Assembly: GCA_002811645.1 (NCBI GenBank)
Contig: PDIP01000008.1
Coordinates: 16,749-80,748 of the forward strand
DNA length: 64,000 nt
Direction: 5' to 3'
Source: Corallochytrium limacisporum Hawaii
Lineage: Eukaryota; Protista; Pluriformea
Positions 22,754 through 31,929 of the stretch are shown here, one piece after another. The translations under genes were made by a program, and so were the position numbers. Under the pieces are notes generated by a model. The model saw only the letters and a program-made list of their open reading frames with translations. It did no database searches and was not told the origin of the DNA. Each line of letters opens with the position of its first letter. Positions within the stretch are counted from its first letter, which is position 1.

Positions 22754-24436
22754 ATGGTGGTTTCTGTGAATGCTAAGACACAAGGCTGGGACGGTAACAC
22801 AATGACCTCAGCCAAGGAATCGCACTTTATTCTGGAGGACGACGGTGTCGGACACCGTCGGCGTGGTGACACTACCAATCCCCGCTGGAAAAGCGGACGC
22901 AAATACGAGGGGCTGTTAGACGAGACCGCAAATCAGGAGCCCCGCAATCACAAGGAAGATCTCGTCAACTTTGATGACGATGACTATCACTCTCAGGGAT
23001 CGAGCTCCTTCCATGACGACGGCAGCTTCAAGAACGGCGAAATGTTCGAATACAGTGATGATGCCAGCCTTGGCAGTGCTGGCCAAAGAAACAGCAATGC
23101 ATTCGGTGATAGCGAGGTAAGCAGCAATAATGCAGCACCAGGACTTAACTCGCTGGATCCCTTTGCCCTCGGTGGCGATGGTGGAGCTGAGACATCGTCG
23201 ATGATGAACACTGCGCCCGCGGATTTTGCCAACGAAGGCGAGGCAGACTACCAGAAGCAGCAGTTCCAGAGCAACCGCGAGGACCTAATTGCCGAGTTTG
23301 CTTCCTTGGAGTTCAAGGACCATCCCATGGGCGCGACTCAGAAGCAAGGGGCAGCCGGAACAAAGGCGCGGGACGCAGGACAGGGTGCCTACATGGACGA
23401 TCCGGACATGAGGGCCTTCGCTGGCTTTGACAACGACAGTCATCCGATCATGATCCAAGTGAATGAGCCCGAGATGCCACGCCAGGGTAGTTTCAGCAGC
23501 CACGGCTCTCAGCACAGCCAGCAGAGCAGCAACTACGACGATGCTCAGGACGACTTTGAGGGTGGATTGGAGGAGCAGTTCAGTAGGAATATTGACGCGA
23601 GCGCAGCACCGAAGCGACCAATGACGCAAGCTGGTCGCAATGCCAAGGCTGCGGCAACCAAGAAGACCGGAGGCAGTGTCTGGAGTCGTTGGTTTGGAGG
23701 TAGTTCGGGCAATAGTTCTGTTGGCATCTCGTTGCCGAAAACAGACAAGCAGAAGCTGCGTAATGTAAGTACCGGTGATAAGACAGTAGACGACAAGATC
23801 AACCAGTTTTTCCAGAGCAAGGACCGGTACGAGCAGATGTGTGTGATCCTGCACGAGTACAAGTCACACTACGAAAAACTGGCCTCCAGTGACCGTGATA
23901 TGGGTATGTTGCTACACGATTTGGCTATGAAGGACCCGGACGTGGATGTGCGAGACAAGATGGAGCGCTTGAGCAATGTGTGCAAGGCCGGTAAGCGCCG
24001 AACGGATTTATACCTGGTTGGCCTAGATTTTATCAGTCAGCGCATGGATGTCCTGGTAGAGAAAGCGTTCAAAGACTCTGCTGGGTCCATCATGGATCTT
24101 TTGAAGCAACAGCAGGAACTGGACGCCGCAGAGGCTCGCCTGGCCGCGGCCCAAAGTGGAACAGTACACAATGGCGGCAAGTGGATGGATCCCGATGTTA
24201 TCTATGAGGACGTGCAGAACAAGACCCGGGAGATGAGCAAGAGCATGACAGTTATTTGCCAGAAGCTAGACATGCTGGATGCCAGTAGTCGCAACCTGGC
24301 CGTGCTGTTGTCGGAGACATTGACCGGCACTATGTTGGCCTACCAGACTGGTGACGAGGATACTTTGAGGGAGGAGCTCAAGAAGCGAGGATTCTCTACG
24401 AAGATGGACCAGACAGTGATGCAGAAGATTGTTTAA
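22754..24436 (+). CDS. ICA69/arfaptin-like AH (BAR) domain protein with long acidic disordered N-terminus
   Basis: The C-terminal ~210 aa are helical. KTVDDKINQFFQSKDRYEQM resembles the AH-domain start, and ICQKLDMLDASSRNL resembles ICA69 VCQKVDLLGASRCNL. The start is ATG 22754 or 22802. Confidence 0.75.
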   Translation: MVVSVNAKTQGWDGNTMTSAKESHFILEDDGVGHRRRGDTTNPRWKSGRKYEGLLDETANQEPRNHKEDLVNFDDDDYHSQGSSSFHDDGSFKNGEMFEYSDDASLGSAGQRNSNAFGDSEVSSNNAAPGLNSLDPFALGGDGGAETSSMMNTAPADFANEGEADYQKQQFQSNREDLIAEFASLEFKDHPMGATQKQGAAGTKARDAGQGAYMDDPDMRAFAGFDNDSHPIMIQVNEPEMPRQGSFSSHGSQHSQQSSNYDDAQDDFEGGLEEQFSRNIDASAAPKRPMTQAGRNAKAAATKKTGGSVWSRWFGGSSGNSSVGISLPKTDKQKLRNVSTGDKTVDDKINQFFQSKDRYEQMCVILHEYKSHYEKLASSDRDMGMLLHDLAMKDPDVDVRDKMERLSNVCKAGKRRTDLYLVGLDFISQRMDVLVEKAFKDSAGSIMDLLKQQQELDAAEARLAAAQSGTVHNGGKWMDPDVIYEDVQNKTREMSKSMTVICQKLDMLDASSRNLAVLLSETLTGTMLAYQTGDEDTLREELKKRGFSTKMDQTVMQKIV

Positions 24437-24770
24437 GTCAGAGCAATCGTACAGGCATACAGCAAAAAGGAAACATTGTACACAATCGTGCCATTCTCCT
24501 TTGCAAGGAATTCAGTACGATTGTAAAGTAACCAATTCCTGAACTCTCATAACTTTGTTTAAGTACATTCCAGACTCATACCATCAATTCTTTGCAACCA
24601 AAAAGAATACTACCCAAAGAAGTATCAACCATCTGAATCAATTCTCCATCTCTGAAAAGTTCAAGAATAAAACTGCAGGAAGCATAATAGTTCAATTGCT
24701 GTTTGTGTATTTCATATATTCCAAAAAGTATCGGAAGCAGGGCTGTAGAGACAATTGGGTGTCTCACATC

Positions 24771-26867
24771 TCACCAGTCGGCTGCAGCGGCTTTCACCTC
24801 TGCAGCATTGGTGCTGCAGTTGCCCTCACCGTTGCCACAACCGTCATCATCACCGTCACCGCCGGCAACAGCAACACGGAACAGACGGTTGCCGAACTTC
24901 TTGAACAGAGGCTGGACACCGCCTCCTGCCAACAGGCGCTCCTCGAAGAGAGACATTTCGAAGGGGAAGGTCTCGCCACCAACCTCAACGGTGCGACCGC
25001 GCATGTGGATGACAATATCGGCGTTCTCTGTGGCCAATTCGTAGAACTTTTCGTCCTTAACCTGGATGCCGATCAGAGCAAAGTTCTTGTAGTTGCGACT
25101 GAAGATATAGCCAAAGTTCTTGGCGATGATAGCCTTCAGACCAGCACCCTTCAGACAGGTCACGGCCTGCTCTCGACTGCTGCCACAGCCAAAGCCCTTT
25201 CCGGCCACAATCACGTTCTGTCCGTCCTTGACCTTCTGGCGGAAGTCCGGGTTGGTGTAGAGGAATGCAACCTCGCCAAGCTCTTCCTCATCGTTCATGT
25301 GCAGGAACTCACCAGGCAGGATGGCATCCGTGTTTACGTCATCACCAAAGACCTGAACGCGTCCCTTGATGTCGGTGTCGAAGCCAGCAATCTTCTCGGT
25401 AGTGCCACCATACGTGTCCACGGCGCTGGTGGCCAGTTCGGGCTGGGGCTCACTGTACTCGACGGTCATCTCTTCGGGTTTGATAGTGTTCTCCAAGTAG
25501 CTCTCGAACAGCTGCCGATCGATCTGCTCCAGAAGAGGGCGCGGGTCAGTGACCTCCATCTCGAAGGAGGAGGCTGCCACGGTGGCCGCGCTGGCCAGGT
25601 TACCCAGGGCACCCTTACCCATGCGGTTTGTGTAATTACGGTTCTGGCTGGACAACCAGGTCTCTCCTTCACCCGCCTTGTCAGAACCAATTGCAAGGCA
25701 GTAGCTGCATCCCGGAGCACCGATGCTGAAGCCAGCATCCTTGTAAGCTTTATCAAGGCCGAGACGCTCCAACTTGGCGACGATCTTCTTGGACCCGGGC
25801 ACGACACGGCGAGTACCGCGGCTGATCGGGGTCTTGCCGGCCTTGAGCCCAGCCTCCAAGACCATGGCGGCGAGAATGAGATCCTCTTCGGCCGTTGTGC
25901 AGGCACCGATGAAAACACCATCCAGAATCATCTTTCCACCGGTCACATCGGTCACGGGTACCGCATTGTCTGGGGATGGGTAGAGGGCAACCTGGGGCAC
26001 GACTTCGTCCATGTTGATCTCATAGGTGGCTGCGTACTCGGCGCCCTCGTCGGCCTTGAAGTACAGACCAGAACTCTTGAAGCCCTCCTCATCGGACCGC
26101 TTGGAAATATAAGCAGCGGTAACCTCATCAGGAGGGAAGATACCCGCGATGCCTCCGAACTCAGCAGTCATGTTGGAAATGGCAAAGCGGGCATCGCAAG
26201 ACAGGGCCTTGATGTTACCGGTCCACTCAACCACCCGCTCAATGGCCACGGTGTTGCACTTGAGCTTGCCAAGAGTGTACAGCATGACGTCCTTAGCGGT
26301 CACACCGAAAGCAGGCTCACCCGTGAATTCAATCTTGACGGTCTCTGGGACCTTGATCCAGGTCTCACCGGTGACAAGGGGCATAACCACATCAGCAGCG
26401 CCAAGACCGATGGCAAAGGCGCCGAGGCCACCTGTGGAGCAACTGTGAGAATCAGCACCGACAATCATCTGGCCAGGCTGTGCGCGGCGGCGGTAGAATT
26501 CGGTATGGATGATGGTCTCGTTGGGCTTGTTGTAGTCGGTCAGCTTGGCTTCCTCTGCAATCTCCTCACACTTCTGGATCAGTTTCTGCTGCTTTTCCAA
26601 GTGATAATTACCCGGGTCCACGGTGTGGTCAATGGCCAGCCAGAAACGGTCATTGCGCCAGATCTTGGGGCGGCCAATGTCATTGTAGGTCTTGTCCATG
26701 GACATCCACGTGATTTCGCAAGCCAAAGTCCATTGAGTCTTTACACAGATCATCTCACCGGGCTCGACCCACGGCCTTTTCAGACCAATGGCATTCTGGC
26801 AGAGAATCTTCTCCGGCACAGTCATGGGACGACGCGGAAGCGTCTGTTTAGTTGCTTCAGCGGGCAT
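24771..26867 (-). CDS. Aconitase-family [4Fe-4S] hydro-lyase, fused LeuC+LeuD (isopropylmalate isomerase/homoaconitase-like)
   Basis: MTVPEKIL, DHTV, GADSHSC, FIGACT, PGCSYCL (three Cys ligands) and SSQNRNY, plus the swivel domain DVNTDAILPG and GKGFGCGSSREQA. Strong codon bias. Confidence 0.92.
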   Translation of the reverse strand: MPAEATKQTLPRRPMTVPEKILCQNAIGLKRPWVEPGEMICVKTQWTLACEITWMSMDKTYNDIGRPKIWRNDRFWLAIDHTVDPGNYHLEKQQKLIQKCEEIAEEAKLTDYNKPNETIIHTEFYRRRAQPGQMIVGADSHSCSTGGLGAFAIGLGAADVVMPLVTGETWIKVPETVKIEFTGEPAFGVTAKDVMLYTLGKLKCNTVAIERVVEWTGNIKALSCDARFAISNMTAEFGGIAGIFPPDEVTAAYISKRSDEEGFKSSGLYFKADEGAEYAATYEINMDEVVPQVALYPSPDNAVPVTDVTGGKMILDGVFIGACTTAEEDLILAAMVLEAGLKAGKTPISRGTRRVVPGSKKIVAKLERLGLDKAYKDAGFSIGAPGCSYCLAIGSDKAGEGETWLSSQNRNYTNRMGKGALGNLASAATVAASSFEMEVTDPRPLLEQIDRQLFESYLENTIKPEEMTVEYSEPQPELATSAVDTYGGTTEKIAGFDTDIKGRVQVFGDDVNTDAILPGEFLHMNDEEELGEVAFLYTNPDFRQKVKDGQNVIVAGKGFGCGSSREQAVTCLKGAGLKAIIAKNFGYIFSRNYKNFALIGIQVKDEKFYELATENADIVIHMRGRTVEVGGETFPFEMSLFEERLLAGGGVQPLFKKFGNRLFRVAVAGGDGDDDGCGNGEGNCSTNAAEVKAAAADW

Positions 26868-28548
26868 GGCTATTTTTGGAGACTTTGGGTTGTCTTTGAA
26901 AACAAGTTCCGAACCACAACACTGGTGATTTCCGAACCCTGCTCTGACTTACATCCGTGCTTCCATTGTCAGAAAATATCCTCCTCAAAAACCTATAAGG
27001 TATCTCCCCGCATCTCCACATGTACATCGTCAGCTGCTTAGTGTCAGCGCGTCAGCCCAATTCGCCCAAGATGTGACAACTCGCGTCGGAACGACCGATA
27101 TTTGGTAGCGCAGGCTGCTCCACCAGCACCCAAGCAGCGGTGCGGACACCAGGAGAGAACGCCAAAGGGGGGGCGGGGTATGTTTTTCCGACTTACAACC
27201 CACTGTGAAAGGAAAGCTTTAGAGTTGGCTAGAAGGGTTGCTGAACCTGAGGCTGAATGTGATACCCAGCGAGATCTTTGTCGTTGACATTGTCCGTTGG
27301 GATATCCCACTCGGTGGAAAGAAAACACTTACAGGGAAGCCCCGCACACTGCTACTCTTGAAGTTGTACCCCGTTTGCGCCATATTACATCCATCTCAGG
27401 TTCCTGACTCCGGTCTGCCACGCACCCCCAGTTTGCTTATCTCGGTTTTTGCTTGTTTAACGCTTATTGCCATCTGTGTGTGCTCTTTGTTCATTCGCTG
27501 CTCAATGTTGCTGGCCGGTTCCTCCAAACCCTGGTACGCACACACACATGGGCCCTCAGCTTCGGGTACCCCCGGAGGAAGCAGGGGCGGGGGTGTTGTG
27601 GCGGCTTGCGGTAGTAGCCCGGGCCGGGCAGGACACACAGAAAACGTGGCCCGATTGTCTACATCATCGACTGTACCCCATAGTGCAGAAGCAAAATAAC
27701 TGCGGCGGGTGGCAGGGAGGAAGAGAGACGAAGGAATTTTTGCCAGCGAATATTTTTGCTTGCGGTGTTGGAGCGGACTGTGATCGTCCGTTGGTCGACC
27801 CACAAGGAAAACCCACGGGGAATCGTGTGGTGCTAGCGAATGGCTTCCACTTTGGCTGGACCCTCCGCGACCTTTGCACCCAAGGGCTCCGAAAGGAGCG
27901 GTACCCGGTGACGAAGGGCGTTGGAGCCCGTTGTCGGGTGGTTCGAGGTCAGGAAGGAAGAGGAAAACAAAATAGAGTGCGTACAGAGCAAGGCAGCGGC
28001 GCTGGGTGAAGTTTTGCTGACCGGACCTTTGCGAACCCTATGATTTCCCTTGAACGTACCTTCACTGCAGCACCACACTGTTGCCACCGCGTTGAACTGG
28101 GGCGGGGTGACCCACCAATAAATTAGGCCCCCTTTTACGGGACCCAGGAAGAAAGGACGGGAACTTCACCAGGGGCATTCGGGAATGTGTGCTTTAATTA
28201 GGTGCGCGGACTGCGGGGTTGCTCCAAGGCGGGGGCCAGCCACCCGGTTCATATGCATGAATAATGTACCACTGGCAATGAGAAGCACCGTGTGGAGACC
28301 AGGTCTTCGCAGACTGGATAAAATAGGCCCCGGTTCGCGGCCGATATGTCGCCATTAAATGAAAGGTTCAGTTTTATGCACCGAACGTGAATGGGGAGTA
28401 CGCGGACGTGCGCCAAAGTGGAATTGGAAAAAGGTGCTTCAAGTAGATGCGGGCTCTGAGAACAAAGCAATGGGTTATTCGATTGCGTGTTCGGAATTTC
28501 AGATGAGCAAGATTGTGAAGAAATGAGAATAGAAATCGATAGAGTATC

Positions 28549-29223
28549 ATGACAGGAAGATCCTTAGTTCTTAGCTACCATGATGTGGCTCTGTATGAGG
28601 AAGACCTGGCGACACTGGAAACTCCCGGTGAATGGTTGAACGACAAAGTTATTGACTTTGCGTTCCTATACTTGGAAAACAATCTTACCGAGACCCAATC
28701 ACAGAACATCGGGTTTGTTGGCCCGAACATGGCGTCACTAATGCTTAATGGATCGATTACCGGCATACCGCAGGAACAGATCAAGGCCATGCTGGAGCCA
28801 TTGCAGCTCGGCACGAAGAAACTGATTGTTACTGCTATCAACAACGCGGGGCCAGGTGGCGGAGGAAGCCACTGGAGCCTCGTGACCTGTTATCCGCAGG
28901 AAGGATTGGCAGTGCACTTTGATAGCCAAGGGCACAGCAATCTGTCGGTGGCGAGTTCTATCATTGGAACGCTCGATTTCTGCCTTGGAAACAGTGGCAA
29001 GACAGACTTGCAGCTCGGCGATGCTCCACAACAGTGCAACACTAGTGACTGTGGTATCCATGCTCAGCTCAATGCAAAATATGTAATCGAGCAGTCCACA
29101 GACACCAATTCTCTCCAGCCAATTACATTCATTCCTGACGAGGCTGCCGGCAGTCTCGTGGTTCGCAACGCTCGGTCGGAGATTAGCCTGTTGATCAGAA
29201 CATTGGCATCCGAGGGTTCCTAG
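28549..29223 (+). CDS. SENP8: NEDD8-specific protease (SENP8/DEN1, Ulp1/C48 family)
   Basis: VLSYHD...WLNDKVIDF, GGSHWSL (His), HFDS (Asp), QQCNTSDCG (Cys); 224 aa. Confidence 0.92.
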   Translation: MTGRSLVLSYHDVALYEEDLATLETPGEWLNDKVIDFAFLYLENNLTETQSQNIGFVGPNMASLMLNGSITGIPQEQIKAMLEPLQLGTKKLIVTAINNAGPGGGGSHWSLVTCYPQEGLAVHFDSQGHSNLSVASSIIGTLDFCLGNSGKTDLQLGDAPQQCNTSDCGIHAQLNAKYVIEQSTDTNSLQPITFIPDEAAGSLVVRNARSEISLLIRTLASEGS

Positions 29224-29328
29224 AGTTCTGGTATATTGTGTTTCAACTGAGACCGAAATTGTGTGCACAGTAATTCTCTGTAATGCTTTGTGTGTAATTT
29301 TTAGGAACAAGTTCAAAGCTGCTGACTT

Positions 29329-30360
29329 TTAGCTCCAGATCTTGATGCTACCATCCCAGGCAGCGGTGGCGAATGCACAGCCGTCTGGTGAGGTGCGGAC
29401 GCTGGTTAGATGCATATCATGAGCGTGAATAACGCCTAGGGACTTGGCAGTGACAGCATCATATATCATTACATCAGATGACGTATAGCCGGTGTAGATC
29501 AGTCTTCCCGTGGAAGAAATGTCCAAGTCCACAACGGGCCACATTTCTGTGTCTGACTTGTACTCATTGATAGTTGCACCCATGCGAACATCGATCATCT
29601 TACACGAGCCATCCTCTGCCCCAGCAAGGAAAGCATCGATACCGGGGGGTGCGACCACAGATGATACACCTGCGGGCGTGATCTGGTATGAATGTACCAG
29701 CTTTTCACTTGTGACATCCCAAAGGTTCACGAGGCCATCGGCACCAGCTGAGTAGAATGTTCGTCCGTTGTAGTTCACATGCAAGTCATTGATGTCTCCA
29801 GAATGACCGGCAAGGGTTGCCAAACGCTTACTTAGTTGCAAATCCCACATGCGCACAAATGTATCACCGCAACCGGTGAGTAAGTTTCTGTTGCTCACAA
29901 ACGCAGTGCTGCCAATGTATGCTGGGTGTCCCGTAAGCTTTGACGCACGAATGCTTCCTCCACTGAGCGCCTCGTCCAGGTTATATATGGCACAGATACC
30001 AGAGTCAGTACCACAAGCAATATGTGCGTCGTCAGGAGAAATGGACACCGAGTGTGCCTTCATTTTCTTCAGGTGGATGGTGCAGGCATGATACTCAAGG
30101 TACGCATCCCAGACCAGAATCTTGCCCTCACTGAGACAACCAACGATACGGTGACCATCATTGGCCCAAGCAATGTCTTCGACGTGTCCGTTTGGAGTGA
30201 TTAAGTCACGACGCTGTGCCGGCGCGCAAGCAACCACCTCTTCTACACCCTTTTCGGCTGCGATGCCGGCCAAATTCTTGTCTCCTGATGCATTGACCTT
30301 TTTCTTGAGCTCCTCGCGGAGCTGCTTGAGCTCGAAGATTTTGTCATCAACGGAAGTCAT
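29329..30360 (-). CDS. GNB: Heterotrimeric G-protein beta subunit-like WD40 protein (divergent)
   Basis: 343 aa with an N-terminal coiled coil and 7 WD repeats collinear with GNB1 (GKILVWDAY, ICAIYNL, GRLIYTGY, ATAAWDGSIKIWS). Confidence 0.85.
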   Translation of the reverse strand: MTSVDDKIFELKQLREELKKKVNASGDKNLAGIAAEKGVEEVVACAPAQRRDLITPNGHVEDIAWANDGHRIVGCLSEGKILVWDAYLEYHACTIHLKKMKAHSVSISPDDAHIACGTDSGICAIYNLDEALSGGSIRASKLTGHPAYIGSTAFVSNRNLLTGCGDTFVRMWDLQLSKRLATLAGHSGDINDLHVNYNGRTFYSAGADGLVNLWDVTSEKLVHSYQITPAGVSSVVAPPGIDAFLAGAEDGSCKMIDVRMGATINEYKSDTEMWPVVDLDISSTGRLIYTGYTSSDVMIYDAVTAKSLGVIHAHDMHLTSVRTSPDGCAFATAAWDGSIKIWS

Positions 30361-31001
30361 ATTTTGTGTCTCTTGTAGTACTTTCTTATCCTTTTATCTT
30401 CCTACATGTCACTCAGTTGAAGTTTGTATCTTATTAATCCTAAGGTAGTCGCATGATTCTGCGGTAAAAGTATACAAGAGCGACGTATGATCTTATGTAC
30501 CCAATCTCAAAAACCACGCATGTAGAATTAATTGAAAATTATTGCTTAACTTCCATATTTGTGGCTTGTACTATTCATGTGTTGCCGGTCTTCGCAGTAT
30601 TTTATCTGCGCTTTGTTCCACAACCATGGAGAGCGACCCGACAGGTTCTTGCTTTCTCGATCGCTCATTGGTCAAAAATGGTGCCTCCCCTCCCCCCCCT
30701 GAACCCGCGCGACCAAGCAAAAAATCCGATACATTCAGTATAAACCTGCCAAATGTTTGGTGCTTCCCCAGCGGACGGCGTCTTATCCTTTGTCCCCATC
30801 TGTGAAATATTCCAAACTCAATCTTCAGTACATTAGATACCAAACCTACCAATGGGGTTTCTTTCGCAACGGGCCAATATGTGCTGGGTATTGTACATTT
30901 TGAATCAATTCATCACGATTCGTTCCCCTGCCCATGGCCGGCAAGCGAGTGGGGGGTGCTAGCAGTGAGTAAAGGCCCAGGAACAAGGGGGGGGAAGCGC
31001 A

Positions 31002-31319
31002 GTGCACGGGCCAAGCAGGGCGACCGGAGCCAAGAGGGCATCCGCCAACAGTCTGGTTGACGTCCGCTTCCAGCCCAGCGTTCAGGACATTAAGGATACT
31101 TTGCAAGAGTTGATTCGTTCGGTAGATCTATCTATGCGCGCAATGCCATCGCCCCTCATTGGTGCTTTGCGGGTGCAGCCAACACGTGGAGATGAGAGGC
31201 AGCAAGAGGCGGACGATAAGGCTGCTCCCGCAGTGGAAGAGACTGAAGATGAAATAGAGCTTGCACATATACGTACGTCAACATCTTACAGAAGGGAGCA
31301 CTGGATGACTACTGGATGA
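31002..31319 (+). CDS. Possible small hypothetical protein (start uncertain, perhaps spliced from ATG 30934)
   Basis: Protein-like helical and acidic composition (VQDIKDTLQELIRSVDL; EETEDEIEL). A 38-nt GT-AG intron at 30965-31002 would join ATG 30934 in frame. No family recognised. Confidence 0.2.
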   Translation: MHGPSRATGAKRASANSLVDVRFQPSVQDIKDTLQELIRSVDLSMRAMPSPLIGALRVQPTRGDERQQEADDKAAPAVEETEDEIELAHIRTSTSYRREHWMTTG

Positions 31320-31929
31320 CTATATTACTGATGTGTTTAACTTCTAGTGTTCTTTGTTGATAGTCGATCTGAAACTTCAATGCCACTCCTCGCTTTCACT
31401 ACGGCTCCAACTGAACCATGTCCACCGGTGATCGGAGGCCCAACACGCTGCCACTGTCGACTCTTCACTTGAATTTAAAAAGCAATATAGTTGTTTAATT
31501 AAATACACATTCCCCGGCCGCCCCTTAACCCGGCCCCCGGCCCCGCGACTTGTGTCGGAAAAAGGCGGGTTTCTCACCGTGAACTACCCGCGTGTGTGTA
31601 AATTGTACGTGCAGTGGAGAGATCGGGGACAAAGAGAGGGAGTGCGTGGGTGACCTGGGCCCTGGACGAGTGGTGTGCGCGGGGCGGTTTCAGTTCATGA
31701 TTTGCTGATTGCATTTTTCGCGGTGGTTGACATTCTTAAGATGCGTGGTACCTCAGCTATTTGAATATTTTTATGGAGAACAACTGTTTTAGAAGTATCA
31801 GTTCGCTCGTACCATCTCAGAGTGCTGAAGCGTTTGTTCGAGAGCATTATTTTACCGTAGGCTTGGTACCAATTGAGAATGATCTAATTTAATTTGAAGT
31901 CAAAGGTTTGATAGAAAGTAGTAGGAATT

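Noticed and set aside
24555-27041. 828-aa ORF antisense to the aconitase-family gene
   Set aside because: It is a codon-register shadow of a strongly biased gene, starts at TTG and has no recognisable motifs.
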